Shown here one piece after another: positions 1-9,990 of a DNA stretch of 64,000 nt. The stretch covers positions 1,472,001 to 1,536,000 of the forward strand of contig OY759726.1 in the NCBI GenBank assembly GCA_963662625.1, given 5' to 3'. The notes under the pieces were generated by a model. It worked only from the letters and a program-made list of their open reading frames with translations. It made no database searches and had not been told where the DNA came from. The DNA is from Nitrosopumilus sp. GTDB taxonomy: Archaea > Thermoproteota > Nitrososphaeria > Nitrososphaerales > Nitrosopumilaceae. A program made the translations under genes and the position numbers. Numbering within the stretch: the first letter of the stretch is position 1; each line of letters begins with the position of its first letter.

Positions 1-627
1 CGACGGCACGTCGCAGGCGGCCCCCGGGATCAGCCGCGACATCGCCGCGCACAGCTCCGCGCTCGACTTGAAGTCGGGGCCCGCCCCGGCAGACTGGAAC
101 ACTATCACGATGACGTCCTGCCCGGAGACGCTGCCCTCGCTGAGCAGCATCCCGGGGATGCCCGGGACCACGCCCTGCCCCAGCGCCTCCAGCCCCGCCC
201 TGGACAGCTCCTCCCTGGCCGACTCCGTGCTGCCCACCGCGGCGATCCCGCCGGCGCCGCCCGCTGACTTTACGGCCGCGCTGCTCACGATCAGCCTGAT
301 CTTGTGCTTCCTTGCCCACGCGAGCATGGCCCTGGCCGCGCCCCTGTGCATCTGCTCGCCCAGCACGAGGTACGACAGGAACACGGAGACCCTGAGCCCG
401 TCGTTGGCGAAGATGCGCGTGGGGTAGCTGGGGACGCCCCCGCTCACCAGGCTGATGGGGGGGAAGCCGTCGGAGTCGACCACCCCGGCCAGCGTAAAGT
501 CGGACGTGCGCACCATCGACTCGGACGCGATCGAGCTGCTGAACCCCACCGACGGGAACCCGTCTATGAGGTAGCCGCCTTCCAGGTCCAGCGGCCTGGT
601 CTCCCTGATCCTGATCCTCGGGCGCAT
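1..627 (-). CDS. PAC2-family proteasome assembly chaperone (3' end runs off the window)
   Basis: Manual translation from ATG at 627: MRPRIRIRETRPLDLEGGYLIDGFPSVGFSSSIASESMV...VVDSDGFPPISLVSGGVPSYPTRIF, typical of archaeal PAC2/Pba proteins. Not in the ORF track because it is truncated. Confidence 0.85.
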   Translation of the reverse strand, partial: MRPRIRIRETRPLDLEGGYLIDGFPSVGFSSSIASESMVRTSDFTLAGVVDSDGFPPISLVSGGVPSYPTRIFANDGLRVSVFLSYLVLGEQMHRGAARAMLAWARKHKIRLIVSSAAVKSAGGAGGIAAVGSTESAREELSRAGLEALGQGVVPGIPGMLLSEGSVSGQDVIVIVFQSAGAGPDFKSSAELCAAMSRLIPGAACDVPS

Positions 628-678
628 CGCAGTGGTTGCCCTGCACGGTGTAATAGGCTTTTTCCCGCCGCGCGTGCC

Positions 679-1626
679 CTACCGCGCGCCCTTCAGCCTG
701 GCCGCCGCGGCGGCGTAGACGAACGGCAGGATGGTCGTGGCCTCCGCGTGCAGGGTAGCCTGCCTGGCCCCCTCGGTGACCTTCCCCCACGAGACGGCCT
801 CCCTGACCTCAGCGCCGCTCAGGCTGCCGTCAAACTCCTGCGCGGTGGTGACGTAGAACGCATAGTCCAGGCCGCCCCTGTACTGGTTCCACCACAGCGT
901 GTGGTGCTTGGATATGCCCCCGCCCACCATCAGCGCGCCGGACCTCTCCGCCTTGAAGATCATCCCCGACACCAGGTCCGCGTCCCCGATCAGGTCCAGC
1001 CTGAAGTCCCTGTGCTTCTGGGCGAACATCCAGACCTGGCTGCCCACCGCGCCGTCCACTATCCCGGGCACTATTACCTTGACGCCCTTCCTGCGGGCCC
1101 AGTGGAGGATCGAGTCCTCCCCGAGGTGCCTCCCTATCATGTCGCATATGCCGGCGGTGGACATCTCCCTCACGCCGGCGGCGTACTCCTCCTCCAGGAA
1201 CGACTGCACCTTCTCCTCGATCAGCGGGCCGTAGCTCCCGGCCGGCACCAGGACGTTCCCCAGCCTGTGCAGGCCGCTGCCCGCGAGCTCGCCGTCGTCC
1301 ATCGTGAAGGACCCCTCCCTGTAGTCCGAGAAGTGCCTCGCGATGTCGTGGTCCAGCGCGCCGCAGGTGGTGACCGCCACGTCGAACCACCCCTCCTTCA
1401 CCATGTCCCTGATGACGCCCCTCAGCCCCGTGGACGTCACGGCCGCCACGAACGAGACGAACCGCAGGCACCCCTCGTCGCGGACCATCGACGAGAGTAT
1501 GTCGACCCCGGCCGCGAGGTTCACCGACTCGAAGCCGCCAGACCGGGCCATCTGCGACACGACCTCGTCGGCCGTCGACCCGGCGCCCACGTGGATGTCC
1601 TTCACGGGCCTTCCGGGATCCACCAT
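679..1626 (-). CDS. dys: Deoxyhypusine synthase
   Basis: Motifs TTCGALDHD, HRLGNVLVP, GGGISKHH, DGSLSGA..EAVSWGK. Start moved to MVDPGRPV (ATG 1626). Confidence 0.93.
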   Translation of the reverse strand: MVDPGRPVKDIHVGAGSTADEVVSQMARSGGFESVNLAAGVDILSSMVRDEGCLRFVSFVAAVTSTGLRGVIRDMVKEGWFDVAVTTCGALDHDIARHFSDYREGSFTMDDGELAGSGLHRLGNVLVPAGSYGPLIEEKVQSFLEEEYAAGVREMSTAGICDMIGRHLGEDSILHWARRKGVKVIVPGIVDGAVGSQVWMFAQKHRDFRLDLIGDADLVSGMIFKAERSGALMVGGGISKHHTLWWNQYRGGLDYAFYVTTAQEFDGSLSGAEVREAVSWGKVTEGARQATLHAEATTILPFVYAAAAARLKGAR

Positions 1627-1733
1627 GCAGGGATCACCGGCGCCCGCTATAAAACCCTGTCTTGGGGCCGGGGCGGGGCTTTCCCCGCGCCCCCTACGAA
1701 GGCTTTTAATGGCATTGGCTGCAAGCGTACGCA

Positions 1734-2828
1734 ATGTCGTCCAGGATCAAGGTCGGCCTGGTGGGGATAGGGAACTGCTTCTCGGGCCTGATACAGGGGA
1801 TAGAGTACTACCGGCAGAACCCCTCGCAGGAGGTGATAGGGATCATCCACGACAGGCTGGCCGGCTACGGGATACACGACATCGACTTCGTCTGCGGGTT
1901 CGACGTGGGCGAGAACAAGGTCGGCAAGACGATAAACGAGGCGATCTACGAGCACCCGAACCTGGTCGACTGGGTCGAGAGGGGCTCGGTGCCGGAGACG
2001 GGGGCCATGGTGCACGAGGCGCCCGTGCTTGACGGCGTCGGGCTGTGGGTGGAGAACAGGATAAGGCCGGTGGCGAGCACCAAGACCGACGAGCAGCTGG
2101 CAGACGAGATAAGGCGGGTCGTGAGGGACACGGGCGCCGAGATCCTGGTGTCGTACCTGCCCGTGGGCTCGGACAGGGCCACGCGGTTCTGGGCCCAGGC
2201 GTGCCTGGACACGGGCGCCGCGTTCGTCAACTGCACCCCGTCGTTCATCGCCTCGGACGCGCGGTGGGCCGCGAGGTTCGAGGAGGCCAGCATACCCTGC
2301 ATAGGCGACGACATCAAGGGGCAGGTAGGCGCCACCATCGTCCACAGGGTCCTGGCGAAGATGTGCAGCGACCGCGGGACGCGGATCGAGAAGACGTACC
2401 AGATCAACGTGGGGGGCAACACCGACTTCCTCAACATGAAGGAGCAGGAGAGGCTCGCCTCCAAGAGGATCTCCAAGACCGAGAGCGTCCAGAGCCAGCT
2501 CAGCAGGCGGCTGGACGACGACCAGATCTACGTGGGCCCGTCGGACTTCATACCGTTCCTGGGCAACACCAAGATCATGTTCATGCGGATCGAGGGCAGG
2601 CAGTGGGCCAACGTGCCCTACAACATGGAGGTGCGGCTCGACGTCGACGACAAGGCCAACTCGGCGGGGATCGTGATCGACGCGGTCAGGCTGGCGAAGA
2701 TAGCCCTGGACCGGGGCGTGGGCGGGCCGCTCAGGCCGGTCAGCGCGTACCTGATGAAGCACCCGATCGAGCAGATGTCCGACGCCGGGGCGAAGGCGGC
2801 CTGCGAGGAGTTCGTCGCCGGCGGCTGA
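1734..2828 (+). CDS. ino1: myo-inositol-1-phosphate synthase
   Basis: VGIGNC, SYLPVGS, GDDIKGQVGAT, QINVGGNTDFLNM, SKRISKT, DKANSAG motifs. Confidence 0.95.
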   Translation: MSSRIKVGLVGIGNCFSGLIQGIEYYRQNPSQEVIGIIHDRLAGYGIHDIDFVCGFDVGENKVGKTINEAIYEHPNLVDWVERGSVPETGAMVHEAPVLDGVGLWVENRIRPVASTKTDEQLADEIRRVVRDTGAEILVSYLPVGSDRATRFWAQACLDTGAAFVNCTPSFIASDARWAARFEEASIPCIGDDIKGQVGATIVHRVLAKMCSDRGTRIEKTYQINVGGNTDFLNMKEQERLASKRISKTESVQSQLSRRLDDDQIYVGPSDFIPFLGNTKIMFMRIEGRQWANVPYNMEVRLDVDDKANSAGIVIDAVRLAKIALDRGVGGPLRPVSAYLMKHPIEQMSDAGAKAACEEFVAGG

Positions 2829-2952
2829 CGGCCGCCCCGGGGACGGCGCCCAGCCGCTACGAAAAAACCGGTTGCAAAACAAGAAAAATGACCGTTGTGT
2901 CAACTAAACTTGTCAGTCATTGGTTATCCTGAGGCGCGGGAGTATAACGCCA

Positions 2953-5900
2953 TTGGTGCACATAAAGAAGGCCGAGATATTCGGCTTCAAGTCGTTCGGG
3001 TTCAGGAACACGGCCGTCCAGTTCCGGCCCGGGCTGGTCTCGATATCGGGCCCCAACGGCTCGGGCAAGAGCAACATCCTCGACGCGATCATCTTCGCGA
3101 TGGGGGAGAACAAGCCCAAGGTGATGCGCGTCGACAGGCTGCGCTCGCTCATACACGACATAGAGGGGGGCAGGCGCGGCCCGAAGATCGCCCGCTCCAG
3201 CGTCCAGTTCGACAACGCCGACAGGAAGATACCCGTCGACTCGGACACGGTCGAGGTGACCCGGGAGCTCGACTCCAAGGGGGAGAACACCTACTACCTC
3301 AACAGGAAGAAGACCACCAGGGGCCACGTCCTGGACCTGCTCGACATGGCGAACGCCGGGCTGGGCCAGCTCAACGCGGTGCAGCAGGGGACGGTCACGA
3401 GGATCTCCGAGATGACCCCCGACGAGAAGCGCTCCACCATCGAGACCATGATCGGCCTGTCGTACTTTGACGAGAAAAAGTCCGAGGCCCTCGAGCAGCT
3501 CGACCGCGCCGACAGGCAGCTGCAGATAGTCCTGGTGAAGATGGGGGACATGAAGGCGAGGATCGACGAGCTCGAGGAGGAGCGCAACCAGCAGCTGCGG
3601 CACGACCTGCTGGGGAGGGAGCTGGCGAGGTACCGCGCCATAGACACCGTGAACAGGCTCAGGGCCCTGGCCGCCGAAAAGTCGGGGAAGGAGGCCGCCC
3701 TGCGGGAGGCCGCGGCCGGGATCGGCAGGCTAGGCGGGGAGAGGGACTCCGTGCGGGCCGAGATGGAGGGGCTCGACTCCGAAAAGTCCAGGATCATGGC
3801 CGAGGCCAACGACTACAACAGGGCCAAGGCCGAGATCGAGATGGAGCTGAGCGGCGCCAAGGACAGGTACGAGTCGGCCAGCAGCGAGGTGAAGGCGTCC
3901 CGGAGGCGGGTGGGCCAGATCGACGCGAGGCTCTCCGAGGTGAGGTCCGAGCTGGGGGAGGCGTCCTCCAGGCGGGACGGCGCCGCCTCCCGCGCAGCCG
4001 AGGCCGAGGGGCTGCTGGAGGCCGCGGCCGGGAGGAAGGCGGAGGCCGGCCGGGGGCAGGCGCGGGCAGACGCCGCGCGGCAGGCCGCGCTCGACAGGCA
4101 GTCCAGGGCGGCGGCCAGGAAGGCGGAGGTCGACGGGGAGGTGGCCGGCCTGACCTCGCAGATGAACGAGGCCAGGCTGGCGCTGGAGCAGGCCAGGAGG
4201 GAGAGGCGGGACGCCGGGGAGAGGATGGCCTCCAACGCCTCCAGGCTGGAGGGCCAGGAGCGGGCCGTGGCGAGCCTGGCCGTGTACAGGGACAGGCTGG
4301 ACGCCATGGCGGCCAACCACGCCGCCTCGATATCGGAGCTGAAGGGGCGCATCGGGAGGCTCGAGGCGAAGAGGGCGAAGGTCGCCGGCGACGTCGAGGA
4401 GCTCGGCGCGCTGCTCGAAAAGTCCAGCAGGGCGGCCAACCAGTACGAGTCCAGGATAAAGACAGTCAAGGGGTTCATGCACGAGGACTACACCGTGGCC
4501 AGGCTCAGGGAGGACGCCGGCAGGCTCGGGATCCTGGGGCTGGCCTACGAGATGATATCGTGGGACAGGAGGCACGAGCGCCCGGTGCTGGCGGCCAGCT
4601 CCGACTGGCTCAAGGCGGTGGTGGTGCGGGACTTTGAGGCGCTGCTCGGGGTGGCCGAGTTCGCGCGGTCCAGGAAGCTGCCCAAGCTGAAGATAATACC
4701 GCTCGAGGCGATGCCGGAGCTCGCCCCGGAGGCGCCCAGCGGCCCCGGGGTGATCGGGGCGCTGTCAGACTACGTCCGGTGCGACCCGGCCCACCGGGCC
4801 CTCAGGGCGTTCCTGTTCGGCGGCGTGGTGCTGGCCGACTCGCGCGGGTCGGCCCGCGCCCTGTCCCGCGCCGGGCACAGGGCGGTCACGCCGGACGGCG
4901 AGTTCTTCGAGGCCAGGGCGGGCACCGTCGTCATCGACATCAACTCCAAGATATCGAAGCTGACCCGGCTCATCTCGATGAGCACGGACATCGACGGGCT
5001 GTTCCACTCCATCGGCCTGATCCGCAGGTACATGGCCAGGAAGAAGGCGCACGCGGCCAGGCTGGAAAGGTCCATCCGGTCGGCCTCGGGGAGGCTGTCG
5101 CTGTCGGAGCGGAACCTGGCGTCCGTCGCCGAGAACCGCTCCCACCTGGAGTCGAGGATCGCCTCGGCCGGCCGCGCCGGCGGGCAGATGCGCGCCAGGG
5201 TGGGGGAGCTCTCGGCCAGGTCGTCGGAGCTGGCCGCCGAGATCTCGAGGCGCGGGTCGCAGGTAGAGTCGATCGCCGGGAGGATCAGGGCGGCCGAGGA
5301 GGGCTACGCCGGCGGCGAGCAGGAGGGCGTGGCCCGCGAGCTGGAGCGGGCCAACTCCGCGAAGCTCGAGGCCGACCGGGCGCACACCGCGGCGCTGCGC
5401 GAGCACGGCGAGGCCTCCTCGCGGCTGGCCTCGCTGCGCGCCGAGGCCCGGAGGGAGGGCTCGCTCGCCCGCGGGCTCGCCGCCGAGGAGTCGTCGCTCT
5501 CCGCCGAGCGCGCCGAGCTGGAGGGGCGGATCCGCTCGGGCGAGGAGGCCATGCGGCTCGGGGAGGAGGAGGGCGCCCGGCTGCGCGGGAGGGAGCAGGA
5601 GCTGATCGCCTCCTCTGGCCACTCCATGGACGACATACGGGGGTACGACTCCAGGCTCAGGGAGCTCTCGTCCAGGGAGCGCGGCCTGACCAAGGAGCTG
5701 GGCTCGCTGGAGAGGGAGTCTGACTCGCTGGGGAGGGACCTGCGCGACATGTCCGCCCAGGAGGAGGGGCTCCGGAAGGTGATCTCGGCCTCGGGGATCG
5801 GCCGGGACGCCGAGACGTTCGACGTCGGCCCGGTGGTGGAGGGGCTGTCTGCCGAGCTGGGCTCGCTGCCCGTGCTGAACGCCAGGGCGCCGGAGCTGTA

Positions 5901-6471
5901 CCCGGAGGTCTCCGACGGGTACGCGCGGTGGTCGCCGCGGAAGAACTCGCTCGAGGAGGAGCGCGACAAGATAGTCAGGTTCATCGAGGGCGTGGACAGG
6001 GAGAAGCGGCAGACGTTCCTGGACGCCTTCGACACGGTCGACAGGGAGGTGCGCCTCGTGTTCGGCAAGATGACCGGCGGCAACGCCTGGATGGAGCTGC
6101 AGAACGAGGACGACATATTCGGCTCGGGGATATCGTACCTGATCCAGTTCCCCAACAAGCCCAAGAGGGAGTCGACCTCGATCAGCGGCGGGGAGAAGAC
6201 GCTGGCGGCCATCGTGTTCGTGCTGGCGCTGCAGAGGCTCAAGCCGTCCCCGTTCTACCTCTTCGACGAGATCGACGCGCACCTGGACGCCCCGAACTCC
6301 GAGCGGCTGGCCAGGATACTCGAGGAGCGATCCCGGGAGAGCCAGTTCATCATGGTGTCGCTCAAGGACTCCGTGGTGAAGAAGGCCGGGCTCATATACG
6401 GGGTGTACCCCAAGAACGGCGTCTCCAACGTCATCGCGTACAAGGACAGGAGGGCCGCCGGCAGGGCGTAG
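2953..6471 (+). CDS. smc: Chromosome segregation ATPase SMC
   Basis: GFKSF, Walker A GPNGSGKSN, long coiled coils with hinge, signature ISGGEK, Walker B/D-loop LFDEIDAHLD. Probable TTG start at 2953. Confidence 0.96.
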   Translation: MVHIKKAEIFGFKSFGFRNTAVQFRPGLVSISGPNGSGKSNILDAIIFAMGENKPKVMRVDRLRSLIHDIEGGRRGPKIARSSVQFDNADRKIPVDSDTVEVTRELDSKGENTYYLNRKKTTRGHVLDLLDMANAGLGQLNAVQQGTVTRISEMTPDEKRSTIETMIGLSYFDEKKSEALEQLDRADRQLQIVLVKMGDMKARIDELEEERNQQLRHDLLGRELARYRAIDTVNRLRALAAEKSGKEAALREAAAGIGRLGGERDSVRAEMEGLDSEKSRIMAEANDYNRAKAEIEMELSGAKDRYESASSEVKASRRRVGQIDARLSEVRSELGEASSRRDGAASRAAEAEGLLEAAAGRKAEAGRGQARADAARQAALDRQSRAAARKAEVDGEVAGLTSQMNEARLALEQARRERRDAGERMASNASRLEGQERAVASLAVYRDRLDAMAANHAASISELKGRIGRLEAKRAKVAGDVEELGALLEKSSRAANQYESRIKTVKGFMHEDYTVARLREDAGRLGILGLAYEMISWDRRHERPVLAASSDWLKAVVVRDFEALLGVAEFARSRKLPKLKIIPLEAMPELAPEAPSGPGVIGALSDYVRCDPAHRALRAFLFGGVVLADSRGSARALSRAGHRAVTPDGEFFEARAGTVVIDINSKISKLTRLISMSTDIDGLFHSIGLIRRYMARKKAHAARLERSIRSASGRLSLSERNLASVAENRSHLESRIASAGRAGGQMRARVGELSARSSELAAEISRRGSQVESIAGRIRAAEEGYAGGEQEGVARELERANSAKLEADRAHTAALREHGEASSRLASLRAEARREGSLARGLAAEESSLSAERAELEGRIRSGEEAMRLGEEEGARLRGREQELIASSGHSMDDIRGYDSRLRELSSRERGLTKELGSLERESDSLGRDLRDMSAQEEGLRKVISASGIGRDAETFDVGPVVEGLSAELGSLPVLNARAPELYPEVSDGYARWSPRKNSLEEERDKIVRFIEGVDREKRQTFLDAFDTVDREVRLVFGKMTGGNAWMELQNEDDIFGSGISYLIQFPNKPKRESTSISGGEKTLAAIVFVLALQRLKPSPFYLFDEIDAHLDAPNSERLARILEERSRESQFIMVSLKDSVVKKAGLIYGVYPKNGVSNVIAYKDRRAAGRA

Positions 6472-6674
6472 GGGGGCCGAAAACCCCGCCCCGCTAGCGG
6501 TGGCGCTGGAACCCGCGGGCGCCCGGCCTGGCCGAGCGCCCCCCAAAGCGTTCCGGAGCCGCGCCCCAGGATCCTCCCGCGTTTTGCCGCGCATGTGCGT
6601 GTCCCGCCAGCACCTGCCCTTTCCACACTGCGGCCCCTGCCGCACCGGTACCTGGCGGGGGCTGGGGGATCCGC

Positions 6675-6786
6675 GTTAGGCACAGCCGATCACCTCGTAG
6701 GATGTGCCGGCCCCTCGGCCCACCGCCGGGCCTCCTCCCGCTGCTCCGGTTAGGCACAGCCGATCACCTCGTAGGATGTGCCGGCC
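6675..6786. repeat. Perfect 38-bp direct repeat pair with 36-bp insert (unit A)
   Basis: GTTAGGCACAGCCGATCACCTCGTAGGATGTGCCGGCC at 6675-6712 and 6749-6786; flanking bases mismatch on both sides; internal GGCACA/TGTGCC stem. Confidence 0.9.
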
Positions 6787-7015
6787 GCACGAAAACCAGT
6801 TCCCGTGCCCTGAGCCACACGTACGCATCTCACGTGCGCGCGCCGGCAATCCGTTACGGGCAGTCCGCATATGACGCGCCGTAGGCATGAAGCGCGGATC
6901 GGCAACACCACACGCTCGCAACAAATCCAAGAAATGCGGCAGTGACGTGACTCAGTATCCGTGACTAAAATCGGATCAGGCGCGGCGCGCCAGACTTACT
7001 GTGTTACTGCATGGG

Positions 7016-7126
7016 GCGGATGCGGGCACCGATGCAGGCCATGCTTGGCAACCTGATTATCTCCGGGAAGGTCGCGCCGACTATGATCGCGGATGCGGGC
7101 ACCGATGCAGGCCATGCTTGGCAACC
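7016..7126. repeat. Perfect 38-bp direct repeat pair with 35-bp insert (unit B)
   Basis: GCGGATGCGGGCACCGATGCAGGCCATGCTTGGCAACC at 7016-7053 and 7089-7126. Confidence 0.9.
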
Positions 7127-7174
7127 GGGCGGACAAGGCAGCCAAGACGGTCCAATGTTCAACGCCGTTACTGC

Positions 7175-7252
7175 GTCCCACGCCAACCTGGACGTCATGG
7201 GGCACACCGGCAGGAAGCCCTTGGCGCCCAGGAACTTTTGAGCGTTGCTATA
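7175..7252 (+). mobile_element. 3' end fragment of an unclassified IS (copy 1 of 3)
   Basis: Encodes ...HANLDVMGHTGRKPLAPRNF* followed by GCGTTGCTATA; homologous ends at 26666-26760 (minus) and 42125-42205 (plus). Confidence 0.65.
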
Positions 7253-7397
7253 CTGAGTCTGGCTGCCCTTGCTTTTCTTGATCGGTAAAGCGCAAGGCAA
7301 TCCTTTGCAAGCCTCCTCAAGCTCGTGTGACCTAATTTATGTACGGGCCCACAGCACAATTCATAAATATAAAACGGGGATACGGAAAATGGAGGCC

Positions 7398-7607
7398 ATG
7401 GATACAAGAAAGTTCACCCTGCAGGTAATCAAGTCGCCAGAGGGTGGATTCACCGGACGTTGCCTGGAACTGCCTGCGGCCATCAGTGAAGGGGACACGC
7501 TGGAGGAATTGGAGTCCAATATGAAAGAGGTCATCCAACTGGTTCTGGAATCGATTGAGGAGCAAGTGAAACCAGATCAAAAGAAGGTCATAGAGATTCC
7601 AAATTGA
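7398..7607 (+). CDS. hicB: HicB-family antitoxin
   Basis: EGGFTGRCLELPAAISEGDTLEELESNMKEVIQL is the HicB core; overlaps hicA by 4 nt. Start could be 7389. Confidence 0.88.
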   Translation: MDTRKFTLQVIKSPEGGFTGRCLELPAAISEGDTLEELESNMKEVIQLVLESIEEQVKPDQKKVIEIPN

Positions 7608-7819
7608 GCCTCAGGAACCACAATTGGCTTGATGTGGTCAAGGCAATGAGCAAGCTTGGGTATGCTGTCATCAGGCAACGGGGAAGCCACATGATTTTGG
7701 CAAGCAATAGCGGCAACATAGTTCCTGTCCCGAGGCATTCTCCAATACGGGAATCAACTCTGAGACTGATTTTGGAGCAGGCCAAAATCGCCAAAAGCGA
7801 CTCTCTAAAGAACGTCTGA
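7604..7819 (+). CDS. hicA: HicA-family mRNA interferase toxin
   Basis: LGYAVIRQRGSHMIL...VPVPRH...TLRLILEQA consensus. Confidence 0.9.
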   Translation: MSLRNHNWLDVVKAMSKLGYAVIRQRGSHMILASNSGNIVPVPRHSPIRESTLRLILEQAKIAKSDSLKNV

Positions 7820-7864
7820 TTCTGGATCAAGCTGGCTCTGTGGGAGCATACGGGACGTAGTGTT

Positions 7865-8190
7865 CACATTAGATAATCGCCCGTCTTGGCGGCCTGATCT
7901 CCCCCGTGCATGGCATCGTCCCTGCTGGTTCCTTCATCTCGCCGGCCGGCCCGCACGGCCCGTTGGCGGCGCGCAGCCCCGTGTTGCGCCACTGTCCCCC
8001 TGCCGGGCCGGGGTCTGGCGCGTGGGCGGGAAAGTGCCCGGGCACGGCGTCCCCGCCGTGGCCCCTGGCGGCTCCCGTCACCTTGCGCGGCTTGCGGCAG
8101 CCCGCGTTGTCCGCAGGGACGGGCGCCTTCCCGGACTCCCTGCGGAGCCTGCCGGGAAAGTCCGCGAGGCTGCCCCCGTTCGCCCTCTCG
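7865..8190 (-). pseudogene. Degenerate IS630-family transposase C-terminal fragment
   Basis: PGHFPAHAPDPGPAGGQWRN resembles a decayed LPPYSPELNPIE.W motif; similar to 9110-9190 in opposite orientation. Confidence 0.5.
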
Positions 8191-8192
8191 CA

Positions 8193-9326
8193 TAGTCAAC
8201 GCCTTATTAAACCGTTCAAACCATTGTGACAGCATTGCCTGGCCGAAAGATCCAGGCCGTGCGCGTGCCGACTGTCACCATGGAAAGAAAAAACATGCTG
8301 AAAAAGGGGCCGGCGTTCCTTCCCGGCACCGGCATGCCGTACCTGAAGGCATGCCACGGGAAGGAGGAATGCCCCAAGGCCCGCGAGAGGCTGCTGGCGT
8401 GCATGGCGGGGAAGGAGGGGCCCGCGGCGCGCCAGGCAGCGCCGGGGCCGGACCGCAGGCCCGCCGCCATGGGGGACTGGCCCGCGGGGGCCGGCCGGGG
8501 CGGCCCGCGGGAGGGGCGCGACGGCCGCAAGGAGGGGAGGCCGCGCAGGCCCGGCGGGCCCCAGGCCAGGGGGCCGGCAGCCGGCATGGAAAGGGGCCCC
8601 GGGGAATTAGGCTCCGGGCCCCCGCTGCGGGCCCCCAGGACGGTGCTGGCCCGCGCCGGGAGGGGTTCGGCGCGGGGTACGGGACAGGCGGCGCGCAGAA
8701 GCTCCCGGCCAGGATCGGCATGTCGCGGGAGAAGGCGGGGCCAAGCCGCCCCAAACCGGCCCCGAAAGGGGCGCAAGGCGGGTCCAAAAAAAGGCGGCGC
8801 GGCTGGCCCGCGGGTACGGCAGGCCAGGGCACGCCGCCCCCGCGGGGGACGGGGCCGCCGCCGCACCGGGCGGCAACAGGGCGCGCTGCGGCCGGCACGG
8901 GAGGGGGAAGGGGAAGGCCGCCCCCGTCACGCCCTCAGGGGACAGGAAGCGCGCGTTCGGCGTCCCCGGGGACGGGGAATCCTGCCGCATGTCCCGCGGC
9001 CAGAAGGATCCCGGCGTGTCCATGAGGTTCCCGGGCAGGGTCCGCGGGAGGTCCGGCAAGGTGCCCGTGTCCGCAGGCAACGCGCCGCGGCGCAAGCCCG
9101 GGGCGGTGCTGCGCCACGCGGGGGGCGCGGGGGCGTCCGGCCGGGGCACTTTCCCCCGCACGCCCCGGAGCCTGGCGGCACCAGGGTGCGGCGGGGGGTG
9201 ACGGGGAACCCCGTGGGCAACAGCCCGTGCGCTGACACCGGGGAGGCCGTGGGGCCCATGCGCGCCATGATCCGCAAGAGGGAGATCGTTCCGGTCAAAA
9301 TGAACGATTACTTAAGGCGTTGACTA
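8193..9326 (+). mobile_element. Degenerate IS630-family element with terminal inverted repeats
   Basis: TIRs TAGTCAACGCCTTA..AA.CGTTCA (8193) and TGAACG.TT..TAAGGCGTTGACTA (to 9326), TA at both ends; decayed HTH KARERLLAC...ARQAA and GHFPPHAPEP. Confidence 0.75.
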
Positions 9327-9700
9327 CGTACCTGGGTATCAGGTGGTAGTCCAGGGCCACGACGCAGCGGATCCGCCTGAGGATCCCCGGCCGCCTGGCA
9401 TCCCGCACGGTGGCGGCGAGGGCGCCGGAGCACCGCTCCCGCATGGCGTCCTGGCCGCCGCGCACCCCCCGTATCCTGGAGAGCACCCACGCCGACGACG
9501 GTACGCGGCGGGGCCCGTGGCGCACGGCGAGCGCCCCGGCGGCGCCCGACGCGCACGAGCGGTCCCTGCACATGGACACCAGCACGCGCACGGAGCCGGC
9601 CGTGCCGCACGCGGCGTTGTGCCGTCCCGAGAACCCGATGCCCGCCTTCCCAAGCAGCCGTGGCAACGTTTTAAACGCCTTGCCCACCACCTCAAGCCGG
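9327..9700 (-). pseudogene. ISH3/IS4-like transposase N-terminal remnant, cut by the IS630 insertion
   Basis: VRVLVSMC...PSSAWVLSRIR...VVALDYHLIPRY (catalytic-D motif resembling ISH3 'AIDxHxIPYY') stops exactly at the IS630 TIR. Confidence 0.55.
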
Positions 9701-9868
9701 TGCCCCCGTGGTTCGTTTTGGTGGTACACGATGGATGACAGGGGCGCCTGATCAATTGGCTTTTCTGTCCAAAACGTTCCAGTATCGGGCCAGGACATGC
9801 TGGCCGGCGTCCTGCTGGGGCACATTTCGATCTACTGGGCCAGGGGATCGTGCCTAGTTGTGCAACAA

Positions 9869-9979
9869 GCTAGCCCAACCGATACCGCTTTATTCCCTCG
9901 CGGCAGCATGTTTCTCGCGTTCCAAGTGCCTTGAGTCAACGGCTAGCCCAACCGATACCGCTTTATTCCCTCGCGGCAG
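9869..9979. repeat. Perfect 38-bp direct repeat pair with 35-bp insert (unit C), containing a TATA-like box
   Basis: GCTAGCCCAACCGATACCGCTTTATTCCCTCGCGGCAG at 9869-9906 and 9942-9979. Confidence 0.9.
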
Positions 9980-9990
9980 AGCATCCGCGT

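Noticed and set aside
68-6930. Numerous long overlapping ORFs (e.g. 304-1770, 1647-2903, 4765-6645)
   Set aside because: Shadow frames of GC-rich real genes; Arg/Gly/Pro-rich with no motifs.
7860-9830. ORFs of 200-370 aa in all frames
   Set aside because: Stop-poor decayed IS DNA, not functional genes.
6675-9979. A canonical CRISPR array
   Set aside because: Each repeat occurs only twice, the three repeats differ, and no leader or cas genes are seen; reported as repeats instead.
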